From Octopus sinensis (lineage: Eukaryota): a DNA stretch of 64,000 nt. The translations under genes were made by a program, and so were the position numbers. The DNA lies in the NCBI RefSeq assembly GCF_006345805.1, contig NC_042998.1, positions 25,048,001 through 25,112,000 on the forward strand. Reading direction: 5' to 3'. Below the pieces are notes generated by a model that worked only from the letters and a program-made list of their open reading frames with translations, had not been told where the DNA came from and searched no databases. Shown one piece after another: positions 1 to 12,459 of the stretch. Each line of letters opens with the position of its first letter. Within the stretch, counting starts at the first letter, position 1.

Positions 1-446
1 TAAAAGGCACCATTCAAGTGTGATCATTACCAGCATCGCCTTACTGGCACTTGTGCCCGTGCTAGTAGGGTGCCAAGAGCACCATCCGAGCATGATCGTT
101 GCCAGAGCAGCCAACTGGCTTCCATACCGGTGGCATGTAAAAGGGCACCATTCGAGCATGATCGTTACTAACGTCGCCTTACTGGCACCTGTGTTAGGCA
201 TGTGTAAAAAGATTTGAGCGAGGTCGTTGCCAGTACTACCTGACTGGCCCCCATGCCAGTGGCACGTAAAAAGCATTCACTACACTCTCGTAGTTGTTGG
301 CGTTAGGAAGGGCATCCAGCTGTAGAAACCCTGCCAAATCATGATTGGAGCCTGATGCAGCCATCTGGTTCACCAGCCCTCAGTCAAAATCGTCCAACCA
401 ATGCTAGCATGGAAAGCAGACGTTAAACAATGATGATGATGATGAT
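1..446 (+). mobile_element. RTE LINE 3' UTR copy (5'-truncated) with (GAT)n tail
   Basis: Same sequence blocks as the 3' UTR of the RTE at 57881-59810 (gcatccagctgtagaaac; near-match to the ccatgctagcatgg palindrome; cgttaaac then (gat)n). Confidence 0.8.
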
Positions 447-1235
447 ACTCTTTCCTCGCCATGTAATTATTTCTACTTAATTTTTGATGTTCAACACTTT
501 ATATATGTTAACACTAACACATTGACTATGCACTCTAACCTGAGAACTACATACAATAACTTAGTACTTAGTCTACCAGCCTTCAGGCTGTTATATCAAA
601 ATCAATATGCATTTTAAAGAAAACTGGTTTCGAAATGGAGAATAATTCTGGCTTGAAATACCACCATTGATTTAATATTATCCAGTATACTTTTCTTTTA
701 TCTTTGAATATATTTTTCAATATCAATTACTTAATAACAACCATACTGGGATTTATATATTCATATGAAAGAAATTCTTCACAGACAGTTGGACAATTGG
801 ATTTACTCATGAAATTGTTTGAAAAGCAGAAGCTTTGCCACAGACTGTAATTCAAAAATATGATAGTGTTACCAACATTTAAACTGTAAAGTTATTTTCT
901 GGAACTAAATACTAATGTAAATCGTATTCTGTATAGAATATACTGTGTTAGATTAAATATAATATTTTGTGAAGCAAATATGAACGTTCTTTGATTTATA
1001 GGTTATTTGCAGTCAATCAAAGAACGTAGAGAATCGTAAATTATATAAAAAGGTCAGGCAGATTTAGAAAAAGAAATCTTTAAATGTCATTCCAAACCAA
1101 AGACGGATAAAATTTTTAATGATACAGCTTATATACGGTTTTCATATTTCTATCAATCTTCCACTATCTTTCGTGCTTTCTCCTATCATCTTTAATATAT
1201 ATGTATTTAAATATAGGTGTGTGTTTGTAAATGTG

Positions 1236-1249
1236 TATATATATATATA

Positions 1250-1281
<32 letters not shown>

Positions 1282-1347
1282 CATGCATGCATACATACAT
1301 ACATACATACATACATACATACATACATACATACATACATACATACA

Positions 1348-1405
<58 letters not shown>

Positions 1406-1420
1406 TATTATATATATATA
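1236..1420. repeat. (TA)n/(TACA)n microsatellite
   Basis: Directly visible; source of the YIHT/MYVC ORFs. Confidence 0.95.
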
Positions 1421-1873
1421 GAGAGAAAGACAGAGACAGAAAGAAATACACACACACACACATAAATAAATACATATGCATATACATATTCACATATTCA
1501 TATAAATATGTATGTATAGTGTATCTATGTATACACTTCTGAAAGGGAGAGAAACATAACAAACACATACATACACAGACAATTAAAACATGTGTAAACA
1601 AACTAGTTGCTGTCTAAATGTTCAAGTTAAAACCAAATAAATTTAATTAAAATTTTTGTTTGGCTGGTAGCCCCATTTTTTAAATTTCATCTTTCTGTGC
1701 AGCGGTTTAGTTTGTCTGTTCTCTGCTGTTCCTATACTGTTCACTATTTCCTATATGTACAAATATGTATGTATGTATATGCAAGTGAAGGATTGTGTAT
1801 GCGTGTTAGCAAGATTAAAGAATGTTTCTTAGGAGCAACATTTATCAATCAATGAATTTTATGGATATATATC

Positions 1874-3978
1874 ACCCTTTAGTTACTGTAATTATTTTGA
1901 GATGCTCTGTGTTTTATCTCAATTATTTTAGATATAACAAAGAATTTAATAAAATATTGTTACGGAATCCCCCGTCGTCGCCCGCCCGAATGGCACAAAT
2001 TCGCCACGGAACCCAAAGAGAGGAGATACAACAACAACCTCAGCAGCACAGCACAGAGATACAGATGCACAACCCGAGATACAACCCAAAGAGAGGCAAG
2101 GCAACAGAGACACTGGCTTATATTCAAACAACAGTTTATACGACAATTACAATTGCTACACATCAAATACATTTAAGGCATGCACGTGACTACTCAATAC
2201 ATAATACAACAGCATTTCAAGAGTACAACTCAAAGCATAATACAACATCATGTAACAATTCAAGAGTACACGTCCCAAGACAACAGTTCTTTAAAGTCTC
2301 TTCCTAAACATCACAATCAACAAGTCCTTTACTCTTCTTCTTCACAATGTCCTTTATCGACCACATCGACAGAGTCCTTGACTGTTCTTTTCACTGTTAC
2401 CTGTCGCCGTGACACATATCAATGCACAAACACATACCTCAATTCCTAATTGAATCTGCCAGTGTCCCATTCCTCTCAATACTGCTAATTCCTCTGAATA
2501 CTGCTAATTCCCTTCTGTGCCGCCAAGCTTTCTCGCATCCAACTTGCTCCTAAGAATTCCAACGCTTGCTCCTTAAATCCAAGGTCCGTCTGTCTTCTTC
2601 GAGGACCGGCCAGCGACTGCAAGATCCGTCTGTGTTCTTCGACGACCGCTCAACGACTGCCAAGACCTCACTTCGTCTCTGTCCTTGCTTCCACTCCCTC
2701 ATCTCCCTCTGTCTATATCGCTCCTACCCTTTCTAACTGCTCTCTGCTCTTACTCTATCGCTATCGCCTGCCAGACTCTTAGCCTCTCCATCCGTCCCTT
2801 ACTGCTTATACTCTATCTCTATTTGCTCTCAGCCCTTAATCTGTCCCTCTTCTTTCACTTCTCACTGACCCTCTTATCAACCACACGAGGTCACAGGTCA
2901 TTCCAAAACCCATCAGTCCTCCATTAGACAAAAGACTGTCACATTTTCACCAGACATGATGGTGCCATTATTCCTATGTGGGTCAGAAACACTGCACTAG
3001 TTAAACCCGTAACAATATCTTAGTTATCATTAAGCTAATGTTAGAAACATAAATTGTGACTAAGGTTTGGTGGAAGATTTTAATTCAGAACTTTTAGAAA
3101 CAAGATATCAGAACCAGAAGCAATTTCAGCTGGATTGACATCAAAAGTGTTATACACTCCTCTACATTCAGGTAGATGCACATTAGAAGCAGTTGGAAGG
3201 GTGTCGATTGAAGAAAGTTTAGGCTATTATTTCTAGCATACAGAGTGACCATATTGAGGTCTCCCTAGCTCATGTCTTCTGCTGATTATTTTTCTTCTTA
3301 ACTCTTTTGTTACCATATTTTTGCTGAGATGCACCGTGTTTCTTTCAACTAATTTTAGATATAACAAAGAATTTAGTAAAATAACTTAGTTATCATTAAG
3401 CTAGTGTTAGGAACATAAATTTTGACTAAGGTTTGGTGGAAGATTTTAACTCAGAACTTATGAAAGCAAGACATTTGTATTATAGAGCCAGAGGTGGTTT
3501 CTGCTGGATTGACATCAGAAGGGTTATACACACTCTTGTTACAATATTTATTTTGAGATGCTCTGTGTTTCTTTCAACTAATTTAGATATAACAAAGAAT
3601 TTAATAAAATAACTTAGTTACCATTAAGCTAGTGTTAGGAACATAAATTGTGACTAAAATTTGGTGGAAGATTTTGATTCAGAGCTTTTGATAACAAGAC
3701 GTTTGTAGTATAGAGCCAGTGGTTTCATCAGGGTTTGTATCAAAAGGATTAACCCTCTTGTTACCATATTTTTGCTGAAATGCTCTGTGTTTCTTTCAAT
3801 TAATTTTGAATATAACAAATAATTTAGTAAAATAACTTAGTTACCATTAAGCTAGTGTTAGGAACATAAATTATGGCTATGGTTTGGTGGAAGATTTTAA
3901 TTCAAAACTTATGAAAACAAGACATTTGTACTACAGAGCCAGAGCTGATTTCAGCCAGGTTGGTAATGAAAGGGTTAA
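1874..3978. mobile_element. Tandem array of about 4 piggyBac-like MITEs (~220 bp each); first copy split by a solo LTR
   Basis: Best-preserved unit 3753-3974 has CCCT...AGGG termini (ccctcttgttacc / ggtaatgaaaggg) between TTAA at 3749-3752 and 3975-3978. The same internal sequence recurs at ~1874-1957 + 3015-3150, ~3300-3525 and ~3535-3748. Confidence 0.65.
1958..3014. mobile_element. Probable solo LTR (Gypsy-like), 1057 bp
   Basis: TG...CA ends with an 8-bp inverted repeat (tgttacgg / ccgtaaca) and a 4-bp duplication ATAT at 1954-1957 and 3015-3018. The MITE it interrupts resumes after 3018. Confidence 0.7.
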
Positions 3979-4473
3979 TAGAAACCACTAAATTGCAATA
4001 ATTAGATTTGTGGGACACTGTTGGCAGAGAAAGGATGAAGACATATGGTTATTACAATAGGAACCAGTACATGGTAAAAAGTAGAAGAGACAGAGCTTGA
4101 CAAACATATGTGCTGAAGATGCTGGAGAACAGGTAAGTGAAGAAACTGGCCAAATGGAAGCAAGTGCCACAAGCATAACATGAAATGACAATGTTGTGTA
4201 CATGTATACAACAACAATGGCACCACCACCATCACCACCAGCACTGTTCCCACTACCACCACCATAGCTCCCACCGCCAGCACTGCCGCCTGTTGCCACA
4301 TTACTACAGATACTTTTATTGTAAGAATACGAAGAAGACGTTGGAAATGCAAAGATGTTTAGATCTTAGTGCAACAATCAGAGCTGATAATACAGTTCTA
4401 TATTTAAGAGATGAGGAATTATGTACATTATTTACAATATTTACATTTGATGGATATTTGTCCTAATCGTGTT

Positions 4474-4519
4474 AACACAACGTTTCGGCTGATATACCCT
4501 CCAGCCTTCATCAGGTGTC
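4474..4519 (-). ncRNA. Minimal type I hammerhead ribozyme motif
   Basis: Minus strand reads gacac-CTGATGA-a-ggctg(gagggtatat)cagcc-GAAAC-GTT-gtgtt: stem I gacac/gtgtt, 5-bp stem II, palindromic AACGTT in place of stem III. Confidence 0.75.
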
Positions 4520-4820
4520 TTGGGGAAATTTCAAACCTGGGTTCTCATTCCTAAGGTATTTTTCGATGTTGTTGTTGTTGTTGTTGTTGTTATTATTATT
4601 TAGGTCACTGCCTGGAGTGGAACTTGGAATCTTGGGGTTAGTAGCCTGCACTCTTCCCCACTATGCCATATGCCCATAGTGGTTAAGAGCACTAACCCCA
4701 AGATTCTGAATTCAATTCCAGGCAGTGACCTGAATGGTAAAAATGATAATAATAATAATATTAATAATAACATCGAAAAATACCTTAGGAATGAAAACCC
4801 AGGTTCAAAATTTCCCCCAA

Positions 4821-4866
4821 GACACCTGATGAAGGCTGGAGGGTATATCAGCCGAAACGTTGTGTT
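4821..4866 (+). ncRNA. Minimal type I hammerhead ribozyme motif
   Basis: gacac-CTGATGA-a-ggctg(gagggtatat)cagcc-GAAAC-GTT-gtgtt; predicted cleavage after GUU (4861/4862). Confidence 0.75.
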
Positions 4867-5394
4867 AACAACAAACAAGATGAGGATGAATATCTGTCAA
4901 ATGTAAATAATGTAAATAATGATCAGAGCTGATGTTAGGTATCTTATATTGCACTGTATTGCAGGAAACTGCTGCTAACTCAAAATCTATAATATTCTGC
5001 CTTAGCTTGTCCTACACAGTGTTTGGCTTCTAAACTATAATGGAGAAAGCTGCTTGTTAATTAGGCATGTAACAATTAATAAAATTACTAAAAGAAAGCA
5101 ATTATTAAATGGTTGACCATCTGGAAATATTTTTATAAATTCATGTTCTAAGAAATTTCCTATAATTTTGATTTCTCAAGTTTATTGAATTTTTTAGCTC
5201 CAATTTCTCGCAAATTTAAATATTCACTGCATCCAATTCAAAACAAATCTAAATATTCATTGCATTCTCTGCAGAGTATTCTATTTTCATTTGCAAAGTC
5301 TCTCACTTTCTCTTGTAAGCTTTAATTTGCTATTAATGTATATGTAATGTAAAAACATTATTTATTGAATGAAAATTTTTCAAGATACTCATAT

Positions 5395-6262
5395 AATTTT
5401 TGAACGCGGGATAGCTGTGAGAAGAGCCTAGAAAGTTGTGTAATTACTATTAGCAGATGAGGAGAAAAAAACAAAAAGTTACCGACAAGTACTCGAAACT
5501 TGCACATTATTCACAGTTTCTAAATACAACTTCAATGGCGACATTGCAACTGTTGAGGAATTATCAGAGAAGCTTGGATTTGGTCAGGTAACCATTCATC
5601 AACACTTGCATGCCATCAGAAAAGTCAGCAAATTGGGTCAATGGGGTCCTCACAAATTTTCGGAGTCTAATCACACACAGAGTGAATATGTGCTTTTCTT
5701 TGGTGTCATGTCTCATGAATAAACCTTTTTGGGACTGAATAGTAACCGGTGATGAGAAATGGGTTCTCTATAAAAATGTCAAGTGCTGAACACAATGGGA
5801 AGGGAAAGGAGAAACACTGGCACCTCAGGCTAAAGAAGGTCTTTAACCATGTAAGGTGTTGTTATATTTTTGGTAGGAGATGATAGGTTCTTCCATCAAA
5901 GTGTTCGGTCACATACAGCGAGGATGATATTCTAAAGGCTGGAGCAGTTTCAATGAGAAACGATGCCCCAGCCACCATATTTGCCGGACATTGCCCCATC
6001 TGATTATCATTTATTCCACAGCCTTCAAAATCATTTGGACAGAAAAAATATGAATTCTGTAGACAAGGTCAGAACTGTACAGGAGGAGTATTTTTCATGA
6101 TGGACAAGTGAAATTTGGAAGAGGGATGCTGCAAGCCTACTTTGGAAGAGCACTGTAGAAAATGAAGGAGAATATATTTTAGATTAAAAAAGAACTTTAT
6201 CTTAATTTTGTAAAATAAAAGAAGTATTTAAAAAAATGCATTATTTATGAGATGACCCAATA
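5395..6262 (+). mobile_element. Degenerate mariner transposon, internally deleted
   Basis: Translatable remnants KLGQW(V)PHK, IVTGDEKWVLYKN and PPYLPDIAPSDYH (YSPDLAPSDY-like). TIR-like end ...gcattatttatgagatgacccaata. Confidence 0.8.
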
Positions 6263-8137
6263 ATTTCAGGTCAGTTTCATTTGATTGTGACCTTAGTCTA
6301 AGAACAGGATGTATTTTTTCTTCACACACTGCATGAAAACTGAGATATTTACTAGATTAATGTGTTTAAGTCAACATAATATAATTAACGCCAACCAGGT
6401 TATAGGAGTTGAAGGATTTTATTGATTTGTCCAATGAGAAATTGATCTAAATAATATAAAGGGAAAAGAAAAAAGTCAGCAGTGTCTATTCCATAAATAT
6501 ATTTATGAATGGGAAAATGGATATTAAAATGTTTGAGATAATAATGACCTTTATTTCTATACTTCTCCTCCTCATATTTCATTATTTAGTATAAGATACG
6601 TTTCTACTTATGTCAACTAATTTTGCAGGGAAATGTATGAAACGAAATACTAGCTATAGAACTACTGTTCTTTTATGTAAAAGATTTTGTTCTGAATTAT
6701 AGATTTATATGAATCTCAGCATAAAGCTTGTAGAACCACCAAACAGACAGGTTTTCTTCTTTTTTTTTTCTATTCTGTCTATTACATTAAAGAATATGAG
6801 CTGACATGATAAAATTGCCAATTGGTTCATTATAGTTTTTCTCTTGTTGCTACTTTGTGCAGCCAATTTATTGTAGAAAAGATTGGATTGTTGCAGTCAA
6901 CCAATGAACACATTCAACACCACTACTATTGCTTCTGTGAAAATTATAATATTAATCAATTCACAAGATGTAATACAACCTGTATTTCTAATATATACGC
7001 AGCTGTATGGGTTTTTAATTAAGAAATATTTTTTCAATTGTAACATTGTAACACATAAACATTACAAAAGGAAAAAACAAAAGCAGAAAACAAATCATTC
7101 TCAAAATAAAAAATAAAAAATGCCATTTCAATTAAAACTGATTGTTGATATCTATCAATAAATTATTCAAATTGATTTCCTCCAAAATAATTTTCTTTAT
7201 ACGTCAGCTTTAATATTTTTATTTTAATTTCATACTTCATTATTTCTTTCTATTAGAATGTTAGTTTATTTTTATGGAAATATCCAGTTCAGCAGCGACA
7301 GATGTGAAAAGAATTATCATAAACTCTAATTAGAAACATTTTCTGGCTTGATGTTAAATAATTAATGATCTGTTGTGTTTACAAATATTGCATTCATTTT
7401 CCAATAGTCCGTACTAACACAAGTGCAAAATTAGATCTATAAAAATATTACAAGTTGACATTCATATTATATATTTACTTCAGTCATAAAGATTTATTTT
7501 TCATATAATGGAATATAACTTCGTTTCACTGCCTTGATCTTGGTTAGGGTTGCAGCAGTAATGAACAGATTAAGATCAGAATAATTTTAGAAAATCTTTT
7601 CATGTTTATTCTTCTGAACCCAATAAATATAATTTTATTGCGCTTTCTACTTTGGTATTTGGTGAATCCTAGACAATAAATTATTTTTATTGTCAGTATT
7701 AGAGCAACACCAAAACCTTGTTCCATTCTAATAAAGTTTCTTGCAGTAATACTCAATTAGTTCGCTTGCCTTGCAGAAATATCGTCATTTTCTATTTGGA
7801 ATTTAAACCATTTCTGAAAATTCAGGCAAAAATATTGCAATATTCCTTCGTTGAGAGAAACAGTTGTTAATCATGGCCTTATAAAATATTTTACGATGTT
7901 GAGAATACATCACAGATGTAGTAACTTGAGATTTTCATTGTCGTGGAGTTAGTTTTATTTTTGGTTTTTCTTTTACTACTTTCATGATAGAATGTATTCC
8001 ATAGTTTCAAGCATATACGGAGTAGACCAATCAATGAGAGTTCATTGTTGGGAGAGACAGTGTGGGGATGATATGGAGATCTTCGAAGAAAATTGTCAAA
8101 TAAAGGAGATCGTTTGAAGAACTATTCCTCTCAGAGT

Positions 8138-8395
8138 CATCATCATCATCATCATCATCATCATCGTTTAACGTCCATTTTCTATGCTAAAATGGGTTGG
8201 ACAGTCCAACCAGGGTCTGGAAGGCCAGGAGGTTGCACCAGGCTCCAGTCTGATCTGACAGAGTTTCTACAGCTGGATGCCCTTCCTAACGCCAACCACT
8301 CCGTGAGTGTAGTGGGTGCCTTTTACGTGCCACTGGCACAGGTGCCAGGGGAGGCTGGCAGCGGCCACGATCGGTTGGTGCTTTTTATGGGCCTC
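8138..8395 (-). mobile_element. RTE LINE 3' UTR copy
   Basis: (cat)n-cgtttaacgtcc...gtttctacagctggatgcccttcctaacgccaaccac, matching 57890-58050. Confidence 0.8.
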
Positions 8396-8877
8396 TTTTT
8401 ACGTGTAGATGAAAAAAAAGACACTAAAGTAATTATTTTGTTAATGATCATGATGATGATGGTAACAGCAGCTGTACAAACGATAAATGATGATGATGAT
8501 GATAATGATGATGACAATGATGATATAGAGGAGGCGGAAGAAGAGCTCTTTTTAGTATGTTTCCACAAGAAATGACATTAGTACGATACTAATAGAAATC
8601 TACTAAAAACATTATTTATGAGGCTCTACGATATTGAAAATACTGGTTTCTGACTTTAAGCCGTGTTAATGTCTACTAACAATTATACACGTGATCACTG
8701 AGAATTATTGTCTTTCTGAATATGTACAGCAAATGTCTAATATATTATTTACAAGTAGAGAATCATGGAATGGTTTCCCTATAAATTTTAAGTTAACAAG
8801 TGAGAATACAAGCTTTATAAAGCTGTACAAAAATAAATTTTTTCTTGTGAAACATAACATACACACACATACACATT

Positions 8878-8920
<43 letters not shown>

Positions 8921-8950
8921 TCATATATACATATGTATACCTGTACACAT

Positions 8951-8990
<40 letters not shown>

Positions 8991-9037
8991 TATATATATG
9001 TGTGTGTGTGTATGCGTATATATATATATATATATAT

Positions 9038-9388
9038 TCCCAGTGTTGCCTTACTGGCACATGTGCTGGTGGCACATGAAAAATAACATTCGAGCATGGT
9101 CGTTGCCAGTGCCACCGGACTGGCTCCTGTGCAGGTGACACATAAAAAACTCCTTTGAGCGTGGTCATTGCCAGTACCGCCTGACTGGCCCGCTTGCCAG
9201 TGGCATGTAAAACCACCCACAACACTCTCGGAGTGGTTGGCATTAGGGAAGGGCATCTGGCTGTAGAAATTTTGCCAGATCAGATTGGAGCCTAGTGCCG
9301 CCTTCTGGCTTGCCAGTCCTCAGTCAAACTGTCCAACCCATGTCAGCATGGAAAGCGGACATTAAACGACGACGATGATGACAATGAT
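9038..9388 (+). mobile_element. RTE LINE 3' UTR copy between (TA)n tracts
   Basis: Shared RTE 3' blocks and degenerate (gat)n tail. Confidence 0.8.
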
Positions 9389-9394
9389 ATATTC

Positions 9395-9458
<64 letters not shown>

Positions 9459-9519
9459 AATATATATGTTTATATATACATATACATGTGTACGCACATA
9501 CATATTATATGATATATAT

Positions 9520-9557
<38 letters not shown>

Positions 9558-9592
9558 GTATGTATATATATATGTATATATGTGTATATATA

Positions 9593-9639
<47 letters not shown>

Positions 9640-10396
9640 TATATGCATATATATATATGCATACATATGAGTGGATGTGCAAGAGACTAGAAACACAGAT
9701 AACAGCAAGTATGCCTTTTTATAAAGCAGATATTTTTTTACTGGTTTTCAGTTGGTTGCTAGGGAAATCATCTAATAAGATGTGGAAACAATAATCTTTT
9801 TTTATAAGTTCAACTCAAACATTTCAATATGACAAAAGAATATTGATTGACAGAGGGTGTGAGAAAGAGAGAAAAGGAGTGAGAATGAGAGAAAGAGAGA
9901 GAGAGAGAGAGTGAAAAAAAATGACGTTTCCAGATATATGAAACCATTACATCTAATTAATTATTTAGGAAGCACTTATCTACACTAAAAGCAACTACTA
10001 ATAATGAAAAACTGAAAATAGACTGTTGCAATTGATACTTAAAAACAGGAGCCATTAAAGACGATTTTGAGAAATTTCGGACAGGTTCATTGATTGAGCT
10101 GTTTATGACTGTGGGAATTTCATATTGATTTACTTGCAATTTATATTGTAAACATTGCTTTATATGGTCGTTCCTTTGTTTATTTTAAACTAATCCTCGT
10201 AATAACTATCAGTTTCTGGCTGATAATTTTTACCTTTGCTTTATAAAGATTACTGTTTTAGTGTCGGTTTAGGTAACGGTATTCATCATCATCGTCGTCG
10301 TTGTCATCGTTGTTTAATGTCTGCTTTCTGTGTTGGTGTGGGTTGGATGGCTTGAGCAAGAACTGGCAAGCCAGGAGGCTACGCCACGTTCCAATC

Positions 10397-10744
10397 GGGT
10401 ATTACTGATCATGTATGGAAAAATGGAGATCAACTCCCCCTTGTGGGATGAAGTTAAAATAATTGACAGAGAACACCATTGGAAAATAGGTAAACTAAAA
10501 GAGGCAGCACATATGCTAGGATATCATAACCTTCTAAGTAGACCTAGTGCAGTTATGAGTAGAATATGGGAACCAGTATTAAGGAAGGATACAAAAATAT
10601 TAGGTTTATAAGCCCTAAAATTCACTGCATAATTGTCCACAGGCATATGGCGTAGTGGTTAGAGTGTGGGCATATGGTGTAGTGGTTAAGAGCACAGGCT
10701 ACTATTCTCACGATTCTGCGGTAGATTCCAGGTAGTGACCTGAA

Positions 10745-10787
<43 letters not shown>

Positions 10788-10803
10788 AATAATATTAATA
10801 ATA

Positions 10804-10842
<39 letters not shown>

Positions 10843-11013
10843 TAATAACATCGGAAAAATACCTTTGGAATGAGAACCCAGGTTTGAAATTTCCCCAGGA
10901 CACCTGATGAAGGCTGGAGAGTACATCAGCCGAAACGTGTTAGCAACAAAAAAGATGAGGACAATTATCTGTCAAATGTAAATAATGTACATAATTCCTC
11001 ATCTCTCAAATAT
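10397..11013 (+). mobile_element. PLE 3' fragment: GIY-YIG endonuclease C-terminus followed by the tRNA-head/(AAT)n/HHR cassette
   Basis: ORF 10330-10611 contains WDEVKIIDREHHWKIGKLKEAAHM...SRIWEPVL, typical of the PLE (Penelope/Poseidon-type) GIY-YIG C-terminus. The downstream cassette matches 4675-4921. AATC is duplicated at 10393-10396 and 11014-11017. Confidence 0.75.
10899..10941 (+). ncRNA. Hammerhead motif with cleavage-site deletion (probably inactive)
   Basis: gacac-CTGATGA-a-ggctg...cagcc-GAAAC-gtgtt; 3 nt shorter than the copies at 4821 and 4474, lacking the GTT triplet. Confidence 0.6.
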
Positions 11014-11412
11014 AATCTGATCTGGCAACGTTTCTACAGCTGGATGCCGTTCTTAACACTAACTACTCCCAGAGTGTAGTGGTTGCTTTTTCATGCTACA
11101 GGCATGGGTGCCAGTCGGGTGGCACTGGCATCAGCCACACTCAAATGGTGCTTTCTACATGTCACCAGCACTGGCATCGGCCATGCTCGAATGGTGCCTT
11201 TTATGTACCATCAGCACAGGTGTCAGTCAGCAGTACTGGCAGCACCTAAGCTTGAACGGTACTTTTTGCATGCCACTGGCACTAATACCAGTCTGGCAGC
11301 ACTGGCATCAGCCATGCTTGAATGGTGCTTTTTACGTACCACCATCACAGGTGCTAGCAGGTGCCAATGGCATTGGCCACACTTGAATGGTCCTTTATAA
11401 CATTAAGCAACA

Positions 11413-11644
11413 AGGCGGCGAGCTGGCAGAAACGTTAGCGCGCCGGACGAAATGCATAGCGATATTTCGTCTGTCGTTACATTCTGAGTTCAAATTCCGC
11501 CGAGGTCGACTTTACCTTTCATCCTTTCGGGGTCGATAAATAAAGTACCAGTTTCGCACTGGGGTCGATGTAATTGACTTACTCTCTTTGTCTGTCCTTG
11601 TTTGTCCCCTCTATGTTTAGCCCCTTGTGGGCAGTAAAGAAATA
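11413..11644 (+). mobile_element. tRNA-derived SINE (family with central gcctttcatcc...ggtcgataaa...agtaccag block)
   Basis: A/B-box-like head; 17-bp TSD tataacattaagcaaca at 11396-11412 and 11645-11661. Confidence 0.85.
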
Positions 11645-12020
11645 TATAACATTAAGCAACAGAATAGAAAGTTTTGAATGGTACAACAATGCACTATAAT
11701 ACAGACAATGGGCTATACACCTGTTGTAATTTAGTCATCCATAGTTTGATATGATATTTCGGAATACAATTCCTTCTTCAGATATTCTTAGATGGAGTCG
11801 CTGCTTTTCTTTTTTATTTTTTGGAAGTGTCTCAGCAGTGGTTTCACGATACTCCTTCCAGAATTCCTCATGAGAAGTGTGTGAGGTCGACCATGTCTCA
11901 ATCTTGTGCTGGTGCATCCATAGTGCAGCTTCTAAATTACATATTATACATGCAGCTTCCTTTTATTCCTTCTTTTTCTTTTCTTCTCTTCTCTTCTTTA
12001 TTTATTTTTTTTTTTGTTAG

Positions 12021-12186
12021 AGGCGCAGGAGTGGCTGTGTGGTAAGTAGCTTGCTAACCACCACATGCTTCCTGGTTCAGTCCTACTGTGTGGCATCTTG
12101 GGCAAGTGTCTTCTGCTATAGACCCGGGCCGACCAATGCCTTGTGAGTGGATTTGGTAGACGGAAACTGAAAGAAGCCTGTCGTAC

Positions 12187-12231
<45 letters not shown>

Positions 12232-12459
12232 TGTGTGTGTTTGTGTGTCTGTGTTTGTCCCCCTAGCATTGCTTCACAACCGATGCTGGTGTGTTTACGT
12301 CCCCGTCACTTAGCGGTTCGGCAAAAAGAGACCGATAGAATAAGTACTGGGCTTACAAAAAGAATAAGTCCCAGGGTCGATTTGCTCGACTAAAGGCAGT
12401 GCTCCAGCATGGCCGCAGTCAAATGATTGAAACAAGTAAAAGAGAAAGAGATAAAGAGA
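12021..12459 (+). mobile_element. tRNA-derived SINE (family with internal (TA)/(TG) tract and (aaagag)n tail)
   Basis: ggcgcaggagtggctgtgtggtaag head, ccttgggcaagtgtc-type core, aaagag tail; near-identical copies at 27478 and 45620. Confidence 0.85.

Larger units (their letters stand above)
4389..4921. mobile_element. Head-to-head inverted dimer of a tRNA-head/(AAT)n/hammerhead cassette (PLE pLTR-like)
   Basis: Left arm 4389-4675 is on minus, right arm 4675-4921 on plus. A 12-bp direct repeat atcagagctgat at 4377-4388 and 4922-4933 flanks the pair. Confidence 0.85.
10285..11390 (-). mobile_element. RTE LINE 3' UTR copy interrupted by a PLE fragment
   Basis: The repeat stops at ...ttccaatc (10396) and resumes aatctgatctggca at 11014. 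Confidence 0.75.

Noticed and set aside
1119-1601. YIYI/MYVC/LSIY-type ORFs here and at 8.8-9.7, 31, 37.5-38.9, 40, 48.5, 50-51, 57.7 and 60-61 kb
   Set aside because: They are translations of stop-free microsatellites, open in several frames at once.
3725-3731. Isolated CTGATGA heptamers (also ~36168 plus and ~54000 minus)
   Set aside because: No stem II or GAAA in the required arrangement.
4000-4200. Donor-like CAG|GTAAGT at ~4132 with acidic codons
   Set aside because: All frames upstream of the donor are closed shortly after the nearest acceptor.
4600-4735. tRNA genes (also SINE heads elsewhere)
   Set aside because: tRNA-like heads of repeats with a degenerate cloverleaf and no complete acceptor stem; annotated as parts of mobile elements.
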